Shown piece after piece: positions 35,430 to 45,620 of a DNA stretch of 47,590 bases (position 1 is its first letter; the number at the start of each line of letters is the position of its first letter). The DNA lies in NCBI GenBank assembly GCA_008632985.1, contig QPGO01000167.1, positions 124,001 to 171,590 of the forward strand. Reading direction: 5' to 3'. The stretch comes from Psammoneis japonica. Its lineage: Eukaryota. The translations under genes were made by a program, and so were the position numbers. Below the pieces are notes generated by a model. That model saw nothing but the letters and a program-made list of their open reading frames with translations, was not told the DNA's origin and did not search any database.

Positions 35430-38010
35430 AGGGTTGGCTCCAAAGACTCGATGACATCTGCGCATGCAAGGAAGAGCACGGTGACAGTGAGCCGCCTTGC
35501 ACTTGGATGCTGCTGTGTCGATTTGTCATCTAAACTCCCTTTTGTTTGCTTGTTGTGACTCCAGCTGCAATCAGCCACATGAAAGATCCGTCTCTCTACC
35601 ACCGATGGATCCGGAAACAATGCAACAACAAGGAGAATCTAAGCGAAATGAAGCGTCGAGAACTGGAAAAGCCAGTTGGTGATTTGGATGACTGCTCGCG
35701 ACAGTGTGACACACCCAAGTCTTTTGAAGAATGACTCGAGGACATTTGTGTGTGCAAGGAAGAGCATGGTGATGGTGAGCAGAGCCGCTTGCGTGTCTCA
35801 ATGAATGGAGTCTATTTAGAATCTAACTCTTCATTTGTGTGCTTGTTGTGTGTCTCGCTCAAGTCATCAAAGCCAAAGACAGGTCTCTCTATGAATGGAT
35901 CCAGTGTCAATGCAACAACAAGGAGAATCTAAGCGAAGTGAAGCGTCAAGAACTGGAAAAGCCAACTGGTGATTTGGACAACTGCTCGCGACAGCATGAC
36001 ACACCCAAGTCTTTTGAAGAATGACTCGAGGACATTTGTGCACACAAGGAAGAGCACGGTGATGGTGAGCAGAGCCGCTTGCGTGTCTTGATGAACAGAA
36101 TCTATTTAGAATCTAACTTTTCTTTTGTGTGCTTGTTGTGTGTCTAGCTCGAGTCAGCCAGACAAAAGACAGGTCTCTCTACGGATGGATCTGGAAACAA
36201 TGCAACAACAAGGAGAATCTAAGTGAAGTGAAGCGTCAAGAACTGGAAAAGCCAACTGGTGATTTGGACGACTGCTCGCGACAGCATGACACACCCAAGT
36301 CTTTTGAAGAACGACTCGAGGACATTCGTGTGTACAAGGAAGAGCACGGTGATGGTGAGCAGAGCTGCTTGCGTGTCTCAATGAATGGAATCTATTTAGA
36401 ATCTAACTCTTCTTTTGTGTGCTTGTTGTGTGTCTGGCTCAAGTCAGCCAGACAAAAGACAGGTCTCTCTGTGGACGGATCCGGAAACAATGCAACAACA
36501 AGGAGAATCTAAGCAAAGTGAAGCGTCGAGAACTGGAAAAGCCAGTTGGTGATTTGGACGACTGCTCGCGACAGTGCAACACACCCAAGTCTTTTGAAGA
36601 ATGACTTGAGGACATTCGTGCACACAAGGAAGAGCACGGTGATGGTGAGTAGAGCCGCTTGCGTGTCTCAATGAACAGAATCCATTTAGAATCTAACTCT
36701 TCTTTTGTGTGCTTGTTGTGTGTCTAGCTCGAGTCAGCCAGACAAAAGACAGGTCTCTCTACGAATGGATCCGGCATCAATGCAACAACAAGGAGAATCT
36801 AAGCAAAGTGAAGTGTTGAGAACTAGAAAAGCCAGTTGGTGATTTGGACGACTGCTCACGACAGTGTGACACACCCAAGTCTTTTGAAGAACAACTCGAG
36901 GACATTCGTGTGTGCAAGGAAGAGCACGGTGATGGTGAGTGGAGCCGCTTGCGTGTCTCAATGAACAGAATCTATTTAGAATCTAACTCTTTTTTTGTGT
37001 GCTTGTTGTGTGTCTGGCTCGAATCAGCCAGACAAAAGACAGGTCTCTCTGTGAATGGATCCAGCATCAATGCAACAACAAGGAGAATCCAAGCAAAGTG
37101 AGGCGTTGAGAACTGGAAAAGCCAGTTGGTGATTTGGACGACTGCTCGCGACAGTGTGACACACCCAAGTCTTTTGAAGAATGACTCGAGGACATTCGTG
37201 CATGCAAGGAAGAGCACGGTGATGGTGAGCAGAGCCGCTTGCGTGTCTCGATGAACAGAATCTATTTGGAATCTAACTCTTCTTTTGTGTGCTTGTTGTG
37301 TGTCTAGCTTGAGTCAGCCAGACAAAAAACAGGTCTCTCTGTGGATGGATCTGGTGTCAATTTCGAGACAAGGAGAATCTTGGTGAAGAAAAGCATCAAA
37401 AACTGGAAGAACTCATTGGTGATTTGGGCGACTGCCAGTGCTTCACATGCAACTCTTTTGAAGAACGACTCAAAGACATCCACGCATGCAAGGAAGAGCA
37501 TGGCGGCAGTGAGTCGAGGCTTTTTTGTCTCTTGTTTTACAGAATCTATTTGGAATCTAACTTTTCTTTTGTTTGCTTGTTGTGTGTCTAGCTCGAGTCA
37601 GTGAAGCCAAAGACAGGTCTCTCTACGAATGGATTCGGCATCAAGTTCGAGACAAGGACAACCTCAGTGAAGAAAAGCATCGAAAACCAGAAGAGCTGGT
37701 TGGTGATTTGGATCACTGGTTGCGACAGCGTGAGTCACCCAAGTCTTTTAAAGAATGACTGCAGGACATTCGTGCATGCAAGGAAGAGCACGGTGGTGGT
37801 GAGCAGAGCCGCTCACGTGTCTTGTTGAATGGAATCTGTTTAGAATCCAACTCTTTTTTTGTTTGCTTGTTGTGTGTCTAGCCATGGTCAGCTGCACGAA
37901 AGATCCGTCTCTCTACAAATGGATCCGGCGTCAACTTCGAGACAAGAAAAATCTAAACAAAAAACAGTGTCGAGAACCAGAGGGACTCATTGGCAACTCG
38001 GAAGCCCAGC
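35430..38010 (+). repeat. About nine tandem ~290-bp exon+intron units, each encoding an HA-like domain
   Basis: Period 290 bp (35839, 36129, 36419...). Each unit has G|GTGAG donor, CTAAC branch point and CTAG acceptor; spliced consensus SFEERLEDIRAYKEEHGD|ARVSQTKDRSLYEWIRKQ...NLSEVKRRELEK. Confidence 0.85.
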
Positions 38011-38262
38011 CCGGCTTGCCTCGGCCTCCTCCTCCTCCGCTTCCAGTCTGCACTCAGCTCCCAGGTCAAATGATTGCAGCACACCCGCGCTTGCTTCCAC
38101 CTCCTTTGCACCTCTCAGCGATTGCCGGTTCTCCACCCGTTGTTCTTCCTTCTGCTTCCGCCCCTTCACTCGTTCTTGCTCTTAATCCCGCCATGAAGAC
38201 AGCTGTTCAGCCCCAACAGCCTGTGCAGGTTGTGCATTCCTCCAACCCAGGGTTTGCATGCC

Positions 38263-38445
38263 CTCCGCCACCACCACAAGTGCACCCACTGCTGCCGCAA
38301 GTGCATCCGCCGCCACCGCAAGTGTGTCCGCCGCCGCCACAAGTGCACCCGCCGCCACCGCAAGTGTGTCCGCCGCCACTGCAAGTGTGTCCACCACTGC
38401 ATGTGTGTCCGCCGCTGCAAGTGCATCCGCCACTGCAAGTGCACT
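38263..38445 (+). repeat. 21/18-bp coding minisatellite PPPPQV(C/H), ancestral PPPPQVY inferred
   Basis: Units CCGCCGCCACCGCAAGTG followed by CAC, CAT or TGT. Confidence 0.8.
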
Positions 38446-39165
38446 GTCACCCCTCCTCTTGGGGGGAAAGGAGGGAAAAGCATTGCACAGCAGGAAGAGA
38501 GGGTTGTGAAAATGTTGGACTTTTGTGACTGGCGACAGCTCCGCAGAAGTGATGCCAGCATGTCGTGTAGAAATGAGAAACGAACATCCTGTTTTTTTGA
38601 CAGACTGCGACTGGCATCGCTTTGCTCACACGACTTCTTGCGGTGATCTGATTCTAGAGACAGGTGATCAGTGGGGATGGGAGGACTTCACTGGTGCAGT
38701 TGGTCCCTTTCCATTCCCAAGCTGGAGCGGCATGGCCAGAGGGAGGGAGAGGTGGGAGCGCTTTTAGACTGTCCACTCAGCTTGCTGCCAAAGCTCTTCG
38801 GAAGAATGAGCAACAGCAGCTTGCTTCCAAACACCAACTTGAACGCGTTCAATGTGGCAGATGCGGGGGGTGATTTCCCGGTGCGTCATCAACGGGCAAT
38901 GAGGTCATCTCCCCTTGTCGGTCTTTACGAGGCCAGTGACTGGCGTCGCTTTGCTCGCATGACTTCTTGCGGTGATCTGATTCTAGAGACAGGCAACCAG
39001 CAGGGATGGGAGGACTTTGCTGGCGCAGTTGGTCCCTTTCCATTCCCAAGCTGGAACGGTGTGGCCGTTCCGGCGCCACCCACGCACACTGGTGTGGGTG
39101 GTGGCGGTGCAATTGGGTGGGTGGGTGGGCCTGGCTGGAAGGCTGAGGCGTGGCCTGTGATGGAA

Positions 39166-40200
39166 TCACGGGTCGGCAGCAGCAAGGGGCACATTGGCGT
39201 TGGGGTGCAGGACAAATTGGCCACCCGCCAACATGCAGGTTGCGAAATTGCACATGACGGGTTCTGCTTGTAAGTGGAGGTAACGGAGCATCTTGTCGGA
39301 GCGCCATCGGCCTAAGAGGCGGATCACGTTGGTGTCAACATGGGCACATAGGAGGGCCATGGCACCAGCCACACGCAAACAGCAAGCGGAGACATCGGCG
39401 GGTGTGAAACCCAGCTCAGCAGGGCCGATTGCCAGAATTGCGGTGCGTGGGATGCTGGTGATGTCGGCGGGAGAGACACGGCACCAGGTGTTGTCATGCA
39501 AGTGCACACCAAGGGGCGTGTCTGGTGTGGCGCCAAAGGCGCGGAGATGTTTCACGCGACGGACAAGGGCGCGTGTCGGACAGAGGTCAGGGTGCCCGGA
39601 TGGGCCAAGACCTGTCACTTCGCCACGCACGCCATTCTTTCTGTGTGGCAAAAGTGAGCGTGCCAAAGGTGGCGGTGTCGAGGTGTTCATCAACGCAGGT
39701 GAACAAATCGAGGCAAGCACCTCCCGCGGAGAGGCGAACGTCCCCCAACCAAAATGGAGTGGTGTCGGAAGGGGTGGCGGTGCATTTGCCTGGCCGCAGG
39801 AGGAAGAAAAAGGCCAAAGCAGTCATGTCTGCGATGGCTTGGGTGCCCGGATGGTTGGTCAGGGAAGCGGCATGGGCAATCCACAAGAGGACAGCGACGG
39901 GGACCAGTTTGACCCGGTCTGGCGGAGGATCCTCTTTCTTGTAGAAACGGATTTGGCGGCTGATGCGGAAATCCATGTTGCCTTGGAGTGTGTGCCGCGG
40001 GTCCGGGGACCCCATTGCAGCAAACGTTTGGCCAATTGACCGTAAGGCACCCTCAGCGGTGCATGCGCGGATGGGATTGCCACGTGGGGCGATGGCACCT
40101 GCATGGAATCGGTGCACAAAAACTTGGAAAAAGATGACTGGGTCGTCGACGTCTTGCAAGAGAGGGTCGAGGGCCAAGTCGTTACAGAAACTTCACCAGA
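39166..40200 (-). pseudogene. Tyrosine recombinase of the Ngaro element (frameshifted)
   Basis: AFFFLLRPGKC (R-I), LCPTRAL, SACCLRVAGA (R-II), LLGRWRSDKMLRYLH (W and catalytic Y). Confidence 0.88.
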
Positions 40201-42760
40201 GGTCCCAGTGGGCATTGCTGGAGCTGGCGGGAAGAAGCGGCAACGCCGTGGGCAACGGCATGTTGCACAGCGCCGAGATCACGTAGGAACGCAGCACGGG
40301 TGGAGGGGTCCAAAGGCGCCAAGAGGGAGTCTGTGGGCAGTGAGTGTTAAAATGTTGCAAGAAGGCACGGTTGGACAATTGTTGCAAGCAAGAGGCGTCA
40401 TCTGCAGCGGTGTTTGACGGTCCCGGCAAGCAGTCGTGGAGAGACAGGCAGCAGTGGAAACGTTGGTGGTGACCTTGGTGTCGAAGGAGGGGTGCTGCGA
40501 CCTTCGCAGTCGTGGTGGAGCCCTTGCGTTGACGAAAGAGAGTGCCGGTGTTGTCCGTGCGGTCAAGCACTGTGCACTCTCGAACGTCAAAACAGTCCGC
40601 CGCTGCACAGGATTGCACAACACTGCCGACCAACTCCAAGTCGGTGTTGGCAATGGGGCTGCGGGGATTCTTAAAAGTGGACAGGCGGTCGGTGACTGCT
40701 TGAGGGAAATGCATGCGCCAGACAATGGGTCCGGCATCATGTTGTGGTCTCCGACGGCAAGCAGTGGAGTGACGCAGAGTGGTGCTGCATGCGACCGCTG
40801 ACGGTGCAGGGAGAAGGACGCCACCTGCGCCAGACGCGTTCCAGCCCCAGGTGGGAGCTCGTAGTGCTGACGTGTGACAACAACAATTTTTGTCATCCGT
40901 CGCATGTTTCGTGCGTAGATTTCTACGTGTGACATTTAAAAAAAATTGTCCAGACTCGCTGTTTTGCGAAGCCCCAGACGTTTCACATGACAAATTTATA
41001 GAAACAACAATGCACCAGTTACATTCTTCAATGTCTGAAGAATGTAACTGGCTGAGTAAAAAATGATGTGCTTCAATCATGTGCGAGTTTGTGCGTTCGC
41101 AAAATTGCCTCATTTTCTGTTGGCGATCATTGACATTTTAATTGCCGTGTGATTTTACTGCGGAGCTCGCACGCAGAAGTCTGCGGGCACAATGTCACAC
41201 GGATTCCCACCTGCATCTGGAATGCGTCGCCATGACCGGCTGCATCATGGCAGCCCGTGACAGTGGGCGACAGGGGGACAAGTTCTTGGATGCGGGTGGG
41301 GCGGAGATCGAGCCCGCGGCACAACAACCGAAAATCGTCCAACATGTCATGAAAGTTGCGGGCAAGACGAACTCGCCCATCGGGTTTGGTGTGGAGCAAG
41401 GCTTCTTGGAGTTCGGAGAACAGATTGTGAGACCTGGGAATGCCGGGCGTGAGGGATCGCAGTTCGCCAAGAAGCTTGTGCAGGTCGGTGAGCGCTGCCC
41501 GCTTGCGGTGGCGGGGAAACTCTTCGTGCGGCGTGGTGCGGAGGCGCTCGCGGCGTCGCGGCGCAAGGCTTGTGGTCATGGACAAAGTGTCAATGATCCA
41601 CCCTGGGACCTCCTTCTGCGTTGACCAAGTGGCGTTGCCTTTGCGGAGCTTTTTGACTGAGATTGGCTCCTTGCGACTTGCGTGATCTCGGTCGTCGAGT
41701 GGACGAAATGCATCGTCAATGGCGTGCATGATCGTGCGATGCATGTTGCGCAGCGATTGTTTGGAGCCTTGGGCGGCGCCGACAAAGTCATCAACGTAGA
41801 CATCAACACATTGGAGGCACCGCCGGTGGTGGTGCACGAGGTGTGGATCCGGCGTGTCTGGCACTGGGACAGCGATGGACGGATTCATGTCAGCAGCATC
41901 AGCGTGGTGCTTTGGTGGTCGGCTGTCGAGGCAAGGTTCGAGTGGGTGTTCCGGTGCCCGATGGTTGCGCACGAGCTGGCGATCCACAATGCCGGTGACT
42001 GTCTTGGTCGCTGTGCCAAATGCCAGAGGTGAGTTGGACCATCCCATGGGCAACCGAGTTGGCATGGCCACCAGGGGAGGTTCCCCGGGAAGGCGGGGAA
42101 AAACCACACCTGGTGTGGGTGCTTGCTCGGGCGCCAGCTGCATGCGGTAGAAACCATCCGCTGGGTCAATCTTCATTGGATGGATGCGGCCCTTGTTTGG
42201 ATTGGCAAGGAGAACGTGCCGAAGGATGCGGTCCAGCGTGCGCCCGAACTGCATGGATTCCATTGGCACGTTTGGCTGAGCAGAGGGATCAACACCGTGG
42301 AACGTGCAATCCACAATCGGTCGTGGTCTGCGCGCGTGTTGTGGGACAACGCCGACAGGACTCAGCCGTAGATTGGGTTCATTCTTGACGTCGTTGCATG
42401 GAACAACCACCCAGAAACCCTTGTCAACACAGTCAGACATGTCTTCGCGCAAAAACTCAATGTGTTCGTAGGCGGACTTGTGTGGTCCTCGAGCGATGCC
42501 ACCTTGGAGCTCAGCGTTGGACCATGGCTCGTCTGCAACAGTGACCGGCACCCCTCGACATTTGCAGCCGGTGAGCACTCGGTGTGCTGCATGCTGTCGC
42601 GTTGTCACCAATGGTCCCCAGTCACCTCTGCCACTGCACAGACGCAACAAGCAACTGAGGCCTCTAAGGCGCAATAATTTTGCATCGCGTGTAATTTGCT
42701 TGCCTGATTTGTCAGTCAGTGCTGATGCAGCCACATCCTGTCCACGTGTTGTGGGGAGGA
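40200..42760 (-). pseudogene. Reverse transcriptase/RNase H of the Ngaro element, interrupted by MITE copy 2
   Basis: LSPVGVVPQHARRPRPIVDCT, KIDPADGFYR, LPMGWSNSP, CVDVYVDDFVG, KEVPGWIIDT. RNase H DAAGHG|AGGVLLP is restored by removing the MITE and one TSD; then NTDLELVG, TDNT and NTAADDAS. Confidence 0.9.
40833..41228. mobile_element. 396-bp MITE, copy 2 (TpA-mutated), inserted in Ngaro RNase H
   Basis: Colinear with 7909-8304; 4-bp TSD GCCA (40829-40832 / 41229-41232). Confidence 0.93.
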
Positions 42761-42879
42761 AGTGCCATTTTCTAGACTCCACTTGTGGGGGTTGTGGATG
42801 CATGGGCTTGTGTGCCCGTGCGGGAAGTGGCTCTTGGTTCCATGTCCCCGAGCAGGAACCATTGCCAATGACCTGTTCG

Positions 42880-45142
42880 GTCTTCCAATGTTGCACACCC
42901 CACGTGAGAAGGTCGACCTGCTCCTGCTCCATGTGGCTGTGATGATGATCGGCGCGTGATCTGCAGTTGTTGTTGCACTGTCCGATGAAATGGCATGGGA
43001 GACAACGTGGCGCCCCTTGGGAATCCGTGGGCAAGGCGACATTGTCACGGGCGCAGCGCTGCTTGACGGTGCACGAACGCACATTGGGATGCTCCCGCAA
43101 GACCGCGAAGCGTTCGTCGTGCTGTTTGTTTGCGGATGATGGAATTGTCGCCAGGTGCATTGACGCAGTTTTGTCCTGGCTGTGGCTGCCCAGAAGTCTG
43201 CGAACGCGGTGTCGTGGGCGGTTGAAGGACAGACGTCGGTGGGTCGAGATGCCAACAGTGGGAGCCTTGTGCGGCCTCAGCCACCACTGGGAGCGGTTGA
43301 AATGGGACAGGGTTTTGTGAGTGCATTTGCGCCTGGAACCAATGGCACATCTTTGCCTGCGCGCAACGTTGCAGGTCCGCTGGCAACGTCGGGTGCGACA
43401 CCACTTGCACCGCCAAATCGTTCGCGCAGACATCCATTGACTGGCGCATGTGAGTCAACCACTGTGCCAGTGGATGTGCCGCGCCAAAGGCTGCTGAGAG
43501 AACGATGCACAAACTGTTGAAGGACTGCTGAACTGCCTGGATCGCAGTGGCCACCATGGCGTCGTCCAGGGCCTCCAACACACGCGCACCTGCCAAGGAT
43601 GGTGTGCCATCGCCTCCATGAATCTGTTGACACATGGAGCTGCGACAGGCGGTCTGCTTGGCTTGCTCCGGTGCAGTGATGCCGAACAAGAAGGGGGTGA
43701 TCCCCTGAGTTAATTCATCCTTGTCATGCCCAGCAAAGTCGACTTGGGTGAGTTTTGTGACCAGGTTCACGGTCACTGGCACGCTGAAGCACACGTGGTG
43801 TGCTTGACGTTGCTCATCAATTGCATTTTGGATGGCAGCAATTCGGCCGGTCTTGGGAGAGGCCGCCAGTTGCACCCAGAGTGGTGGCAGGTTCCCCGCA
43901 GAACTCCGTCAGTGTCTTGCCGCGTGATGCCGCCTGTTGGCGCGCTTCTGCATCCAAACGTTGTTGGCGCTGTTCTGCTGTCAAGCTCTCGATGGCCGTG
44001 ACCACTGGCTCGAACTGGCATGGTTGCGGCGGTTGGCCTGTGTGGTGCGGAAGATCACGCTGCACCATTGCGTCAAAGAAACAAATGAGCACTTCGTTGG
44101 GTGGCTGCACCATCGTTGGCCATGCTTGCGCTGCTTCGGATGTGTGTTGGTCCCATGCTGTCGCACAACACGCCACTTTCAAAAAGTCCAGAAGTGGCCT
44201 GCATTTGTTGACCGCATTGGCAGCTGTGACAGCCCCCAGTGCCCGGGTGAATGCTTGCTTTGGCGTCAACGGCGTTGAAAGCAAGAGATTGACACATGCA
44301 AATGGCACCATCATGGTGTTCTGCATCCTGACCTCAACCGCGTCTGGGTCGCTTGGCTGCACTTGTGGGTGCAATCCTTCCGGGGTCGTGACAATGTGAG
44401 CTTGCAGCGCTGCATCGGTCGGCACCCACGTGCCGTGTTGGGCCAGCTGAAAGGCATCGTTAGCGACGGGTGCAAGTTGGCATTGTCCCATCGTCAGGTC
44501 GCCTGCGAGCGCAAAGAATTGTCCGTCCCACGGTTGTGCTGGTCCCTGCCACCGTGATCGGGTGCTGGGTTGCGCGATGAAACACCTGCACAACTCCCGC
44601 ATTGTTGCCTCCTTGCACCCGGCAGTGCTGTGCCAGTGCCACAGGCAAATCGTGCAAAGAAGCTGCTCCAACACAGGTCCTCAGCACGTCAGGATCACAG
44701 CGGGATTGCCCTTGCAGTGGGACCATGAAGTCCTGCATGAGATTTCCGCACAGTTGCCGGCGTGCGGATCCTTTGTGGCGTGCGAGCAGTGATCCCGACA
44801 GGTCCGGATTGCTGCCGGTGGCGCTGGAACTCCCTGCCCCACGGGACCTGCTGGCAGCACGGGTGGTGCTTGAGGTGCCGGCTGTTGGGGAGCCCCTCGG
44901 TCCCGGGGCTTGTCCTCCCTGCGCTGCGGCAGGTTGTGCCGCTGCTCCTGGCACTGCCGGCGCCATGGGATGCACCAGTGCTGGCGGCACGTTCTGGGCG
45001 TTGTTGGCCGCCGGAATCGGTTGTTGGGGTTGTTGTGCCGCCGCAGCGGCGTCCGGCGGCGGATTGTTTCCGACACTTCCGTCTTGGTGCACATGACGTG
45101 TGACTGTCCTGCGAGCTTCACAGGTGCAGCGGCGGATGGCAT
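42880..45142 (-). pseudogene. Gag-like ORF1 remnant of the Ngaro element
   Basis: Position between A1 and RT; Pro/Ala/Gln-rich N-terminus; C-terminal CLPCHFIGQCNNNCRSRADH zinc-finger-like motif; several frameshifts. Confidence 0.6.
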
Positions 45143-45620
45143 CCTCCGCCGAACACAATAGCGCTTTTAGACTATCTATTCGGCTTGCTGCTAAAGCTCT
45201 TCGGAAGAATGAGCAACAGCAGCTCGCTTCCAAACGCCAACTTGAACGCGTTCAATGTGGTAGATGCGGGGGGTGATTTCCCGGTGCGTCATCACGGGGT
45301 AATGAGGTCATCTCCCCTTGTCGGTCTTTACGAGGCCAGTTATAATAAATAAGAACGCGCGCACCAGAACCAAGAACCAAACCGGTCACCCACATGTTTT
45401 GATGACTTGGTCAACAGCTTTCTACCCGAAAGGATCGTCTGGAATGGAAAATAGGAGTAGCAAGTCTCCATTCTGTAGTGGAAAAGTAGTGCCTCCGCAG
45501 TACCGACTGGCATTATACGGCGAGTGGAGGGAATGGAAGCGAAAAGCGAAGTAGTATATATGGTACACTCGCGTGTAGTAGTTACATCACATTTCACATA
45601 TAAGTGTTTAATTTGAAACC

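Larger units (their letters stand above)
33401..38560 (+). pseudogene. Multi-exon pseudogene: acidic tandem duplication, basic NLS-like region, helicase-associated (HA)-like domain array, proline-rich tail
   Basis: Frame-preserving intron 34121-34189 (GTGAG...CTCAC...CAG); 189-bp acidic duplication at 33551/33740; HA-like exons; in-frame CGA>TGA stops; Tyr replaced by Cys/His. Confidence 0.65.
38609..45340 (-). mobile_element. Ngaro-type (DIRS order) tyrosine-recombinase retrotransposon, full length but decayed
   Basis: Split direct repeats A1 45160-45340, B1 38938-39066, A2 38757-38937, B2 38609-38737, i.e. A1-ORFs-B1-A2-B2 on the minus strand, enclosing gag, RT/RNaseH and YR in canonical order. 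Confidence 0.92.

Noticed and set aside
35430..38010. CRISPR array or non-coding satellite
   Set aside because: Whole 290-bp units are homologous with no unique spacers; they carry splice signals and a coding consensus; no cas genes; eukaryotic context.
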